Positions 18,246-28,286 of a stretch of DNA of 64,000 nt are shown here, piece by piece. Positions within the stretch are counted from its first letter, which is position 1. Each line of letters opens with the position of its first letter. The position numbers and the translations under genes are program-made. Origin of the DNA: a bacterium (GTDB lineage Bacteria; Zhuqueibacterota; Zhuqueibacteria; Residuimicrobiales; Krinioviventaceae). The stretch spans positions 64,001 to 128,000 of the forward strand of contig CAXXFV010000006.1 of the NCBI GenBank assembly GCA_963674595.2. The letters are read 5' to 3'. The notes under the pieces are model-generated. The model was not told the origin of the DNA, ran no database searches, and was given only the letters and a program-made list of their open reading frames with translations.

Positions 18246-20708
18246 TTACTCGTATCGTAAACTCTCCACAGGATTGGCTGTAGCTGCGCGAATTGCTCTG
18301 GACCCAACGATACCGAGACTCGCAAAAAGCGATACAAGAGCCGCCAGAATAAAAAGCCATACACTGATATTAATTCTATAGGCCATTGAAGACAAAATCG
18401 TATTTGTTAAAAATATTGCTATCGGGCAGGCAATAATATTGGCAATGAATACCAATGTTAAAAAAGATTTTGATAACGACGTGGTAATGTTTTGAACGGA
18501 GGCACCAAGCACTTTACGAATACCGATTTCTTTTGTTTTCCTTTCAATAATAAATGATGCAAGACCCAAAATTCCCAGACAGGCAATAATTAATGCCAGT
18601 AAAGATGTAATTCGCATAATCTTATCCAACACCATCCAGATTGAAAATGTCTTTTGGATTTCATCATCAACAAAAGAATATTCCAAGCGTTGATCGAATT
18701 TAAATTCATTCCATGTTGTTTTTAAATGCTGTATTGCCTCCGTGTAAAGTGCATTATCTATTTTTATTAACAAATAATTAAAATTTCGTGTGTTTACTTT
18801 TAAGCAAAAAGGCTGAATTTTTGTATCGGCATGTGATCTGAAGTTAAAGTCTTTTACAACACCGATGATTTTGCCTTTGTACAATCTTTGAATTTGGTCT
18901 CTCCGTTTGTTGTATGATTCCATTTCTTGTCCTTCTGCGTTTTCCCAGCCAAAGGTTTTCATGGCCTCATGGTTGACGATAAAAGCTTCTCGTAAATCAC
19001 TGCTAATGTCTGATGAAAAATCACGACCGGAAATAATGTCAATACCCAATGTTTTAATAAAATCAGTATCAACATAATATGTCCCAAGCTGTATGTCAGA
19101 AAAATCTTTTGAACGATAAGTCGGATAAACTGTATTAGACCCTCCAGGTAGTCCTGATGATGAGGTTATGTTTAAAATGGACGAATGTTTTATTAGTTCG
19201 TTCTTTAATAAAGAATATTTTTTAATAACATTATAATCGTCAACAGCAATACTTATGACATGCTCTTTATCAAATCCCAAATCTTTGGTTTTAAGAAAAT
19301 CGATCTGTTTGATCATATGAAATGATGTTATGATAAAAACAATCGATGCTGCAAATTGAGTAATGACCAGTATTTTTCGAAACATGCCTGATTTTTTGCC
19401 TTTTTTATTTCCACCTTTCATTACGTCAACAGCATGAAAACGCGATAGATAAAAAGCCGGGTAGCAACCTGCCAGAAAACCGGTGACAATAGCAATAATA
19501 AGCAGATAAATCCAATATATAATATTTTGAGACGCATGCAGATCAATAATCCGATCCGGCAGTTGAGGATCCAGTTTAAATAATTTACTTATAAATGTTC
19601 CCCACATGGGCAGTAGTGCTTGAACGATACCAAGCGCAAAAATAAATGCTATCAGACTAAACAGGATGGATTCCCCTAAAAATTGTTTAATGATTTGTTT
19701 GCGAAAAGCGCCCAATGTTTTACGGATGCCGATTTCTTTGAACCTGATACTCGCCCGTGCTGTGGTTAAATTAGTGTAATTAATACAAGCGATGAACAAA
19801 ATCATAAAAGCGATTGCCATCATAAAACCGGAAATAATTGAAATACCAAAGTCTCCCATTGCTAAGCCAATTTTAAGTGTATTATAATACATGTCTTGTA
19901 GCGGCATCAACTTGTAGTTTATTTCCTCATACCTTCCTTTATCGACAAATTTTTCAACAAATGGCGGAAAAAGTTTTTCGAGTTCACGGGGTGTTTGCCC
20001 GTTTTGCAGCATAACATAATTCCATGTGGGGCCTTCCCATTTTTGGGTAAGAAATTCATTACCCAAGATGGAATTTAAACTGCTGTATGAAGCAAGAAAA
20101 TTGAATTTTAAATGAGAATTGGCAGGTGTTTCTTTTAATATTCCCGTTACTGTAAAAGGTAGTTTTTTTTTCATAAATTGCGTTTGAACATTGATTGTTT
20201 GACCGACGGGGTTCTGGTCGCTAAACAATTTTTGGGCTGTTTTAGGCGTCAATACAACGGTAAAAGGCTCTTGCAAGGCAGTATTTTTATTGCCTGTTTT
20301 TAATGGAAAAGAAAATATATCAAAAACAGAAGGATCTGCAAACATGAATTCTTTTTCTGTAAAATAAGGACCGCCAACATCCACCTTGTATTGCAATAAA
20401 TTTGTAAAACGGACTGCATTTTTTATGGAAGGAAATTCCTGTAGCAGTAACGGCTGCAGGGGAGCGCCGATTTTTGCACTCTTTCTTGATCTACCCTCAA
20501 TGGTTTGTTCTTTATAAATACAATAAATATTATCTTTGTTTTTGTGAAAATTGTCATAGCTTTTTTCATAGTTAATAAATGAGAAAATGAGAAAAAAACA
20601 TACCATACCCACGGAAAGCCCAAAAATACTAATCAATGAAAACATTTTATTTTTCGTCAAGTTTCGTAGAGCTGTTTTTATATAATTTCTAAACATCATT
20701 CCTCCCAA
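18246..20708 (-). CDS. ABC transporter permease (MacB/FtsX duplicated)
   Basis: 820 aa; MFRNYIKTALRNL, IACINYTNLTTAR, KEIGIRKVLGAS, ANPVESLRYE. Confidence 0.95.
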   Translation of the reverse strand: MGGMMFRNYIKTALRNLTKNKMFSLISIFGLSVGMVCFFLIFSFINYEKSYDNFHKNKDNIYCIYKEQTIEGRSRKSAKIGAPLQPLLLQEFPSIKNAVRFTNLLQYKVDVGGPYFTEKEFMFADPSVFDIFSFPLKTGNKNTALQEPFTVVLTPKTAQKLFSDQNPVGQTINVQTQFMKKKLPFTVTGILKETPANSHLKFNFLASYSSLNSILGNEFLTQKWEGPTWNYVMLQNGQTPRELEKLFPPFVEKFVDKGRYEEINYKLMPLQDMYYNTLKIGLAMGDFGISIISGFMMAIAFMILFIACINYTNLTTARASIRFKEIGIRKTLGAFRKQIIKQFLGESILFSLIAFIFALGIVQALLPMWGTFISKLFKLDPQLPDRIIDLHASQNIIYWIYLLIIAIVTGFLAGCYPAFYLSRFHAVDVMKGGNKKGKKSGMFRKILVITQFAASIVFIITSFHMIKQIDFLKTKDLGFDKEHVISIAVDDYNVIKKYSLLKNELIKHSSILNITSSSGLPGGSNTVYPTYRSKDFSDIQLGTYYVDTDFIKTLGIDIISGRDFSSDISSDLREAFIVNHEAMKTFGWENAEGQEMESYNKRRDQIQRLYKGKIIGVVKDFNFRSHADTKIQPFCLKVNTRNFNYLLIKIDNALYTEAIQHLKTTWNEFKFDQRLEYSFVDDEIQKTFSIWMVLDKIMRITSLLALIIACLGILGLASFIIERKTKEIGIRKVLGASVQNITTSLSKSFLTLVFIANIIACPIAIFLTNTILSSMAYRINISVWLFILAALVSLFASLGIVGSRAIRAATANPVESLRYE

Positions 20709-20802
20709 ATTTTTAATCCAGCCAAGATTGTTTAAAATTCATTTTTATCTCTCAAGTTCTCATTTTGATATTCTGTAAACATCTTTTTTATTTTAGAAAT
20801 TT

Positions 20803-23187
20803 TTATTCATACCTTAAGCTTTCCACAGGATTTATTGAAGCAGCCCTGTAACTGATAAATCCGGTTATTACAAATGCAACGGTAAGAACAATAAAACCCG
20901 CAAACAGAAAAATTGAGAATGAAACATTCGTCTGGTATGCATAGGTATGCAGCCATTTTTCAATTATCCATAATCCAGCTACGCCGGATAATATCGTTGT
21001 GATAAATAAAAGTTTAACCTGAGACCCAAGTAACAATTTAGCAATATCATTATTGGTGGCACCTATTGTTTTGCGAATACCGATTTCTTTAGTGCGTTGC
21101 TTAACGGTAATTGCAGTAATTGAACCCAATCCTAAAACTGTAAGGATAAGCGCCAATAATGAACCGGACTGTACCAACTGAATAAGTTTATGTTCTCCAT
21201 TATACATTGCCTCAAAAGCTTCCTGGATAAAAACAAAATCCGGGATGTAATTTGGATCGTGCTTTTGAAAAGTATGTGCGATCCGTTCTAAAGTTGCCTT
21301 TGTATCGGTTGTGGCAATTTTAATAGATATAGTAAAAATATCATCTTTGTAATATGTAAACATTTCCGGCATAATTGGTTCACGTAAGGACGCATAATGA
21401 TAATTTTTAACGACACCAATAACTTTAAATGGCTTTTTAAATATTTCGACTTGTGCACCAATGGGTTCTGATAGTCCCAATTCTCTGACCGCTGCTTCAT
21501 TCAAAACGACAGCGTTTCGGTCGACACTTCGGTTGGCATCAAAGTTTCGGCCTGCATTTAATTGCATTCCAAAAGTTTCCAAATAGTCTGGTTGAATCCG
21601 CACTTCACGAATTGTTATACGAGAGTCATAGGGCGCTCCATAAGGTACAATATACTGATAACTGGCACCTTTCCCGGGCCTCGAATGAGAACCTGTAACC
21701 GATTTAATATCTGTATATTGGTTTAATTCACTTTTGATAACATTGTACTTGTTTTGTATTTTTGGTGTAAGATTTTCAAACGCTACAATGTTTTTTGATT
21801 CAAAGCCCAATGATTTGTTATTCATGAAATTAAACTGTTTTTGTAGAACAAATAAATTTGTCAATAATAACATGCAAATTGAAAATTGAAAGACAACAAC
21901 ACCTTTTCGTAATCTATGTTTGGGTTGTTTGGAAACACTACTTCCTTTTAATATTTGTACCGGGTTGAATTTTGATAGATAGTATGCCGGATAGATGCCG
22001 GATAAAATACCGATGAAAAAAACAAAAGCTAATATACCCAATGCCATACCAGGTTCAAGTAATGCGGCAAGTTGAAGCTCCCTGCCTACAAGATTACCAA
22101 ACGGTTTTATTAATAACAGCGAACATTGAATTGCAATTAAAAAAGAGATAACTGTTATTGATAAAGATTCGTATAAAAATTGTTTGATTAAACTAAATCG
22201 GGTTGCACCCACTGTTTTTCGGATACCTGTTTCGCGGGACTTTTTAGTGCTTTGTACTAAAAATAGATTAACAAAGTTTGCAATGGCAATTATTAAAATT
22301 AAAACTGTTAAAACAATTAAAATTCGTAACGTGTTTAAATCTCCCTTTTCCCCAATTTCATATTTTGTATTCGAATGCAGATAGATATCTTTTAAAGATA
22401 TCATTCTCCCTTTCATGGTTGTTTCTGTTGGTTTTCCAACTGCAAGCATTCGGTTATATTCTGATTCGATATTAGTGACAGATGCATCTAATGATGCGTT
22501 TTCATTTATTAAATAATAAGTATAAAATTCAAAACCGCCCATTCGGGGGAGATAGGAATTTGCTTCTATAGGAAGTAGAATGTCAAAATCAAAATGTGTT
22601 CTTTTAGATAAATTAGGAACAACGGCCGTTACGCGAAAAAGCTGTTCCTGCCCCGCTAAACAATATTCATTAACCTGTACCATTTTACCGATTGGGTTTT
22701 CAGAACCAAACAATTTTTCTGCAGTCCGTTGATTTATGACCAATCCATCTGAAGATTGTAATGCTTTATTTATATCTCCTGCCAGGACATCCATTTGGAA
22801 CACTTTAAAAAATGTCGAATCAGTATAGAAAAATTTTTGATTACGAAAACTACGATTAGCATATACTATTTCAGGATTATGTGTACGATAAATTTGAACG
22901 GTCGCTTTTATTTCGGGTACTTTTGAAGGTAGTTCAATAACAGCATTACGTGGACAAATTGGAAATTCGTTAATTTTATTGTTTTCCTTGAATAAAGTAT
23001 TCATGCGAAATATACGATCCGCATGAGTCCAATGCCGGTCATAACTTAATTCATGCTGAATAAAAATTAATAATAACAGGACTGCTGTTAGACCTGTCGA
23101 AAAACCGAATACATTTACAAATGAAATCCATTTATTCTTTTTAAAAATTCGTAATATGTTTTTCATATTTTCCTCTTGATTCGGCAT
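20803..23187 (-). CDS. ABC transporter permease (MacB/FtsX duplicated)
   Basis: 794 aa; HELSYD, IANFVNL, ETGIRKTVGA, RTKEIGIRKTIGA, NPVESLRYE. Confidence 0.95.
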   Translation of the reverse strand: MPNQEENMKNILRIFKKNKWISFVNVFGFSTGLTAVLLLLIFIQHELSYDRHWTHADRIFRMNTLFKENNKINEFPICPRNAVIELPSKVPEIKATVQIYRTHNPEIVYANRSFRNQKFFYTDSTFFKVFQMDVLAGDINKALQSSDGLVINQRTAEKLFGSENPIGKMVQVNEYCLAGQEQLFRVTAVVPNLSKRTHFDFDILLPIEANSYLPRMGGFEFYTYYLINENASLDASVTNIESEYNRMLAVGKPTETTMKGRMISLKDIYLHSNTKYEIGEKGDLNTLRILIVLTVLILIIAIANFVNLFLVQSTKKSRETGIRKTVGATRFSLIKQFLYESLSITVISFLIAIQCSLLLIKPFGNLVGRELQLAALLEPGMALGILAFVFFIGILSGIYPAYYLSKFNPVQILKGSSVSKQPKHRLRKGVVVFQFSICMLLLTNLFVLQKQFNFMNNKSLGFESKNIVAFENLTPKIQNKYNVIKSELNQYTDIKSVTGSHSRPGKGASYQYIVPYGAPYDSRITIREVRIQPDYLETFGMQLNAGRNFDANRSVDRNAVVLNEAAVRELGLSEPIGAQVEIFKKPFKVIGVVKNYHYASLREPIMPEMFTYYKDDIFTISIKIATTDTKATLERIAHTFQKHDPNYIPDFVFIQEAFEAMYNGEHKLIQLVQSGSLLALILTVLGLGSITAITVKQRTKEIGIRKTIGATNNDIAKLLLGSQVKLLFITTILSGVAGLWIIEKWLHTYAYQTNVSFSIFLFAGFIVLTVAFVITGFISYRAASINPVESLRYE

Positions 23188-23285
23188 TCACTCAATTTTT
23201 GTGAACAGCCTATTTGATTAACTCAATAATTGATTTTATGTTAGACTCTGAAATAGTATGATTTTATAATTCATTTAATTCATAA

Positions 23286-25697
23286 CTATTCATATCTCAA
23301 CGTCTCCACCGGATTGGTTGTGGCCGCTTTGAGCGAACGGGAGTTGACTGTGAGCAACGTTATAAATGCAATAACGAGCAGAGGAATAATAAACAACCAC
23401 GGATTTATATGCATAGGAAAGGCAAAAGTGTTCAGCCATTGTTTTATCGCCAGGTAGGAGAGAGGTATGGAGATAATAAATGACAAACTCATCAACAGAA
23501 TAAATTCTTTGGACAGCAGAAACAATATACCTGAAACATCCGCACCAAGCACTTTGCGGATACCGATCTCTTTGATTCGCCTGGATGCCATAAAAGAAGC
23601 CAGACCAAAAATACCAAGTCCGGTAACAAACAGGGCAAGAAATGAAAACAAGCCGACAACCTGTCCCAAAAGTTCATCTGCCTGGTATTGTTGATTGTAA
23701 TAGTCATCCAGAAAAAAGAAATCAAATGGATTGCCGGGAAAGAATTTTTTATAGTTTTGTTCAAGCGTTTTTATGGTATTTTGAATGTCTGCTGTTCCGA
23801 CTTTAACGGCAAACTGGCCCCGCACATCGCGTCCACCCGGTAAAAAACGATATATATGCGGTTCAAAAGCTTGTTTTAGGGACTGTTGATGAAAGTCTTT
23901 CAGAACACCGATGAGTGTATAGGTTTTTCCCCAATAACTGATTTCCTTGTTTAGTGCCTGTTCTTTATTTTCAAATCCAATCCACTTTACCGCTGTTTCA
24001 TTAAAAATAAGGGCGTCTTTGTCTGTTGCAAACTCTTTGGAAAAATTGCGGCCGCCGGCCAGTTTCAAATCGAAAAAATCAATATAGTCGTAATCAATAC
24101 CCACAATCTGATAGTTCTTCCCCTGACTGACGTCCTGACCTTTGATGAAAATACCGCCGTTGTCCCAGTAAATTTGCCGTCCCGGTACTTCGGTACAGAC
24201 ACAGAATTTTTTTATGTCTGTTTGCCGCAGCAATTCTTGTTTAAAGGTTTCCAGTTTGTTGTTAAAATTGTCATCCCGAACCCGTGGCGCTTTGATAACA
24301 ACGACCTGTTCCATATTAAAGCCAAGGTCCTGTTTTTTCATAAAGGCTATTTGTTGTGAAATGGTCAAGGTCCCTGTAATCAAAACAAAGGCCATGATAA
24401 ATTGAAAGATAACCAATGCTTTTCGCAAATTGAATTTACAACCTGCTTTACCGGAAAATCCTTTGAGTGTTTTTATCGGTTCAAAAGAGGTCATTACTAT
24501 TACAGGATAAATTCCCGAAAAAAGCACGCCGGCCAGAAAGAACAGCGCCAGGTATGGGAAAAACCATGTTTGACTCCACAAGGGCCATGAAACCGGGAGA
24601 CCTGTCAGGTTACAAAAGAGCGGGTTCAGCAGTTTGATTGCTCCCAGGGCTAGAACGACTGCAAAAATATTTATCAGCACGGTTTCCAAAAGAAACTGGA
24701 TTAATAGCTGACTTTTGGTCGCACCGATAACTTTGCGCAGGCCCACTTCCCGTGCCCGTGTCAAAGACTGTGAGGTGGAAAGATTGATATAATTTACCCA
24801 TGCAATAACAATAATAATCAGAGCAATGATATATAGATATTTTATAGTTTCATTGTTGCCGTTGGCCTCATATTCCTGCATATAGTGCGAGGTCAGGTGG
24901 ATGTCGGTTACCGGCTGAAAAACGAGATCAATGGTCATTTTATAATCTACCAGCCAGGGACAATTAGCTGTGACAAGATCGGCAAATCCCTGCTTTAAAT
25001 CAGCAGGTGTGGTTCCTTGCTGCAAACGCAGGTAGGTATAGGCGCCTGTGTGACCCCAGGCTTCCTCATAGGAGGGGCCGTATTTGGCGGCAAGGTTTTT
25101 CCATGGAAGAACGATGTCGAATTTTAAATGCGAGTTTTCCGGAGTGTCTTTAAATGTCCCGATTATCTGATAATCATCTTTCTTATCCACGCTCAATACC
25201 TTGCCGATGGGGGAGAGATCACCGAAATATTTTCGTGCCGTTGATTCGGATACATAAGCTTTATTCGGTTCTTTTAAACCGTCCACCGGATTTCCTTCCA
25301 GGAATGGAAACTCAAATATTTCAAAAAATTCCGGTTCCATAAAATACATACGTTCTTCAGGAAACATTATATCGCCAAAGGAAACCGAAGCACGGTATCT
25401 GAAAATTTTGGCTATTTTTTCGACATTGGAAAATTGTTCGCGAATTAGCGGCGCAGCCGGAGGGCAACATGATGCAAACCGGACTGTTTTGCCTTCTGAA
25501 CTGGTCCGTTCATAGCGTAATCTGTAAATGCGGTCAGTGTCTGCGTGAAATTTATCATAACTCTGTTCGAATTTGATGTAATGAAGGATCAGTAAACACG
25601 CTGTTATACCCACGGCCAGGCCAAGAATATTGATAGATGAAAAAAGAGTATTTTTTTTCAGGTTCCGAAAAGCAGATTTCAGATAATTAAAAAACAT
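23286..25697 (-). CDS. ABC transporter permease (MacB/FtsX duplicated), first of the array
   Basis: 803 aa; MFFNYLKSAFRNL, IAWVNYINL, REVGLRKVIGA, KEIGIRKVLGA, NPVETLRYE. Confidence 0.95.
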   Translation of the reverse strand: MFFNYLKSAFRNLKKNTLFSSINILGLAVGITACLLILHYIKFEQSYDKFHADTDRIYRLRYERTSSEGKTVRFASCCPPAAPLIREQFSNVEKIAKIFRYRASVSFGDIMFPEERMYFMEPEFFEIFEFPFLEGNPVDGLKEPNKAYVSESTARKYFGDLSPIGKVLSVDKKDDYQIIGTFKDTPENSHLKFDIVLPWKNLAAKYGPSYEEAWGHTGAYTYLRLQQGTTPADLKQGFADLVTANCPWLVDYKMTIDLVFQPVTDIHLTSHYMQEYEANGNNETIKYLYIIALIIIVIAWVNYINLSTSQSLTRAREVGLRKVIGATKSQLLIQFLLETVLINIFAVVLALGAIKLLNPLFCNLTGLPVSWPLWSQTWFFPYLALFFLAGVLFSGIYPVIVMTSFEPIKTLKGFSGKAGCKFNLRKALVIFQFIMAFVLITGTLTISQQIAFMKKQDLGFNMEQVVVIKAPRVRDDNFNNKLETFKQELLRQTDIKKFCVCTEVPGRQIYWDNGGIFIKGQDVSQGKNYQIVGIDYDYIDFFDLKLAGGRNFSKEFATDKDALIFNETAVKWIGFENKEQALNKEISYWGKTYTLIGVLKDFHQQSLKQAFEPHIYRFLPGGRDVRGQFAVKVGTADIQNTIKTLEQNYKKFFPGNPFDFFFLDDYYNQQYQADELLGQVVGLFSFLALFVTGLGIFGLASFMASRRIKEIGIRKVLGADVSGILFLLSKEFILLMSLSFIISIPLSYLAIKQWLNTFAFPMHINPWLFIIPLLVIAFITLLTVNSRSLKAATTNPVETLRYE

Positions 25698-25736
25698 ACC
25701 GGCTCCGTTGATGTTTTAGTTAGGTGTTATACAGAA

Positions 25737-26426
25737 CTAGATATGGAACTGACTGTTGAGGTTTTCGGTAACAACATGACCGTCAAACAAGTGAATCGTC
25801 CGGTTTCCATATTCGGCATAGGTTGGTGAGTGAGTTACCATGATAATCGTGGTGCCGTTATTGTTTAACTCGGTCAGAATGTTCATCACTTCGTCACCAT
25901 GCGCAGAATCGAGATTACCGGTCGGTTCATCAGCGAGAATAATTTTAGGTTTGGCGACAACGGCCCGTGCAACGGCAACACGCTGCTGCTGTCCTCCTGA
26001 TAGCTGTTGTGGAAAATGGTTGCGGCGGTGCATAATTTGCATGTGTTCCAACGCTTCCTCAACACGTTTTTTACGATCGGACGTGTTTACTTTGAGGTAT
26101 AATAACGGCAGTTCAACATTTTCAAAAACAGTCAATTCGTCGATCAGATTAAAACTCTGGAAAACAAACCCGATATTTGATTTTCGCATATTGGCCCGTT
26201 GGCGTTCCGTATATTTTGCCACTTCTTCATCCAGAAAAAAATATTCGCCGTCAGATGGATTGTCCAGCAATCCAAGCAGGTTCAGCAGGGTTGATTTTCC
26301 GCAGCCTGAAGGCCCCATAATGGATACGAATTCTTTTTCTCTTATTTCAATGTTGATATTATTTAACGCTGTTGTTTCAACCTCTTCGGTGGTATAAATT
26401 TTCTTTAAATTTTTAGTCTTAATCAT
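25737..26426 (-). CDS. ABC transporter ATP-binding protein (MacB/LolD/FtsE subfamily)
   Basis: Walker [19 protein letters not shown], signature LSGGQQQRV, Walker [13 protein letters not shown]-loop VTHS. Confidence 0.97.
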   Translation of the reverse strand: MIKTKNLKKIYTTEEVETTALNNINIEIREKEFVSIMGPSGCGKSTLLNLLGLLDNPSDGEYFFLDEEVAKYTERQRANMRKSNIGFVFQSFNLIDELTVFENVELPLLYLKVNTSDRKKRVEEALEHMQIMHRRNHFPQQLSGGQQQRVAVARAVVAKPKIILADEPTGNLDSAHGDEVMNILTELNNNGTTIIMVTHSPTYAEYGNRTIHLFDGHVVTENLNSQFHI

Positions 26427-26449
26427 ATGACTGCTCCTTTAAACTGTTT

Positions 26450-26794
26450 TTATGCGGCGAGCTGTTTTATTTTTGAAAATTTTTTTAATTTTATCAGATG
26501 ATTATTGAAAAAATAATATTGCGCGTCTGTTATTGTTTTATTTTGATAGATTTTTTCTACGAGATGCAGCAGTTTTTGAGATGTTGATTCGATCTCTTTT
26601 AATATTGAAACTGTATTTTTATCATGATGGTGAAAAATGTATTTTTGCACCATTGTTAAAATTTTTATTGTCAAACATTGTATGGCACAACGATACGCTT
26701 GTGCCGGTTCTGCTGGAAATGAATCTGCTGTTTTCAGCAAAACCACGGAAAAAAGCCGGCATTGCTGCCATATTTTCTGATCGTTCTTTTCCAT
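26450..26794 (-). CDS. Small helical protein, probably a divergent four-helix-bundle (23S rRNA-IVP/Avd-like) family member
   Basis: 114 aa. It starts 2 nt after the MFP stop. N-terminus KIWQQ...LLKTADSFPAE resembles the family pattern VWQKA...IY..T..FP.EE. Confidence 0.5.
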   Translation of the reverse strand: MEKNDQKIWQQCRLFSVVLLKTADSFPAEPAQAYRCAIQCLTIKILTMVQKYIFHHHDKNTVSILKEIESTSQKLLHLVEKIYQNKTITDAQYYFFNNHLIKLKKFSKIKQLAA

Positions 26795-26796
26795 TT

Positions 26797-28047
26797 TTAT
26801 TTCAATAACAGCTTTTCAATATCACCAAAATTATCATAAGAGGACGTAATGACTTTTTCACCCACTTTTAGGCCTTCCAGAACTTCATAAACATTCAGGT
26901 TTTGTCGTCCCAAACGAATGGGGCGTTTCACGGCAAAATTACCGGATTCATCCACCACATAAACCCACTGACCGCCGGTTTTCTGGTAAAAACCGCCTCT
27001 GGGTAAAAGCGTTGCAACAGTTAAATCGCCCAGTTCCAGTTGAATATGCAGGGTTTGCCCACGTCTTATGCCCTCCGGTTCCTTGTCGGCAAATTCAAGG
27101 TCTACTTCAAAGCGGCCTTCCAAAACTTCAGGGAATATTTTTTTAACAATCATTTTATAGTTTTCTCCGGCGAATTCGAAACGGCCTGTGCGTCCCAATT
27201 CAATTCGGGCAATGTAATGTTCATCAACCTTTGCCCTGACTTTAAATCCATCCAGTACATCAACCTGTCCCAGTCGTTGTCCTGTTGATTTTGATTCGCC
27301 TACTTCGGCATTCAACGATGTAAGCTGACCGGTGACCGGTGCTTTAAGGACAAGATTTTCCATATTTTGTTTTACTATTTCAAGGTTGCTTTCCATGCGA
27401 TTCAGCGAGATTTCCAGATTTGTAATCTGTATCTCACGGAACAATGAATCCTGTTTATGCGAAGTCAATGTTAATTCACGTTTTTTAAGAGAATACTCGT
27501 AATTATCCCGTGCCAGTTCAAATTCTTCCTGTGAAATAAGGTTTTTATCTAAAAGTTGCTGCGCTCTTTCAAAAGCCCTTTTCTGCTTTTTAATGGTAAA
27601 ATTTAATTCAATTAACTGGCCCTGAAGAGACAATTTGTTTTGTTCCATCTGCAGCCGTGTGTTACGAAGATTGTTACTTTGTGCAAACAATTCGGCTTCC
27701 CGGTACATAATTTCCATTACCAAATTTGTATTGGTGAGTTTTAAAATTTTATCACCTTTTTGTACAAAGTTTCCGGCTTCAAGATACAATGTGTCAACCC
27801 GTCCGCCTTCAATGGCATCCAGATAGATAGTTTTTATGGGGATAACATTGCCTATTATCGGAATAAACTCTTGGAAATCGCCTTCCGTGACGGTGGAAAT
27901 GGTTATCCGTTCGGTTTGCACGTTTAGTTTGCTGCTGTGGTCGCCGAATAAAATGTTATAAAATACGATAATAACAAATAAAGCAGCAATAGAGTAAATG
28001 AGAATATTTTTCAGGGTCCATTTTTTTTTCTTGATCTGTCTGTCCAT
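26797..28047 (-). CDS. Efflux periplasmic adaptor (membrane-fusion protein, HlyD/MacA family)
   Basis: MDRQIKKKKW followed by a single TM; lipoyl halves LDAIEGGRV...VQKGD and KAPVTGQL around a coiled coil; C-terminal EVLEGLKVGEKVITSSY. Confidence 0.92.
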   Translation of the reverse strand: MDRQIKKKKWTLKNILIYSIAALFVIIVFYNILFGDHSSKLNVQTERITISTVTEGDFQEFIPIIGNVIPIKTIYLDAIEGGRVDTLYLEAGNFVQKGDKILKLTNTNLVMEIMYREAELFAQSNNLRNTRLQMEQNKLSLQGQLIELNFTIKKQKRAFERAQQLLDKNLISQEEFELARDNYEYSLKKRELTLTSHKQDSLFREIQITNLEISLNRMESNLEIVKQNMENLVLKAPVTGQLTSLNAEVGESKSTGQRLGQVDVLDGFKVRAKVDEHYIARIELGRTGRFEFAGENYKMIVKKIFPEVLEGRFEVDLEFADKEPEGIRRGQTLHIQLELGDLTVATLLPRGGFYQKTGGQWVYVVDESGNFAVKRPIRLGRQNLNVYEVLEGLKVGEKVITSSYDNFGDIEKLLLK

Positions 28048-28083
28048 ATTAGCATCTCGGATTAGGTTTTTATTTTCAACTAG

Positions 28084-28100
28084 AGCACAAAATGTGCCAA
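28084..28100 (-). promoter_or_regulatory. Sigma54 (-24/-12) promoter of the transporter operon
   Basis: Minus strand TTGGCACATTTTGTGCT = GG-N10-GC with TGGCAC consensus, ~37 nt upstream of the MFP start and adjacent to a sigma54 activator gene. Confidence 0.85.
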
Positions 28101-28171
28101 TGGATTTTAAGCTTATACAAGCTTGAATTTTTAGCTGTAAAAAAATCAGGTATACGGTTTCATTACAAAGG

Positions 28172-28189
28172 GTGTGCGAATTCGCACAC
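28172..28189. promoter_or_regulatory. Perfect 18-bp palindrome, probable enhancer (UAS) for the adjacent bEBP
   Basis: GTGTGCGAATTCGCACAC, ~70-90 bp upstream of the -24 element. Confidence 0.7.
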
Positions 28190-28286
28190 TTTAATCCAAT
28201 TTATAAAAATTTTATGGAATAAACGCTTGATTTCTTGGTACAAATTTTGTAATTCTAAGATGCGAATTTAATATAAGGACGCATGC

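Noticed and set aside
25840-26397. 185-aa plus-strand ORF and similar antisense ORFs over the regulator, GH106, oxidoreductase and GH43 genes
   Set aside because: They lie fully antisense to well-supported conserved genes.
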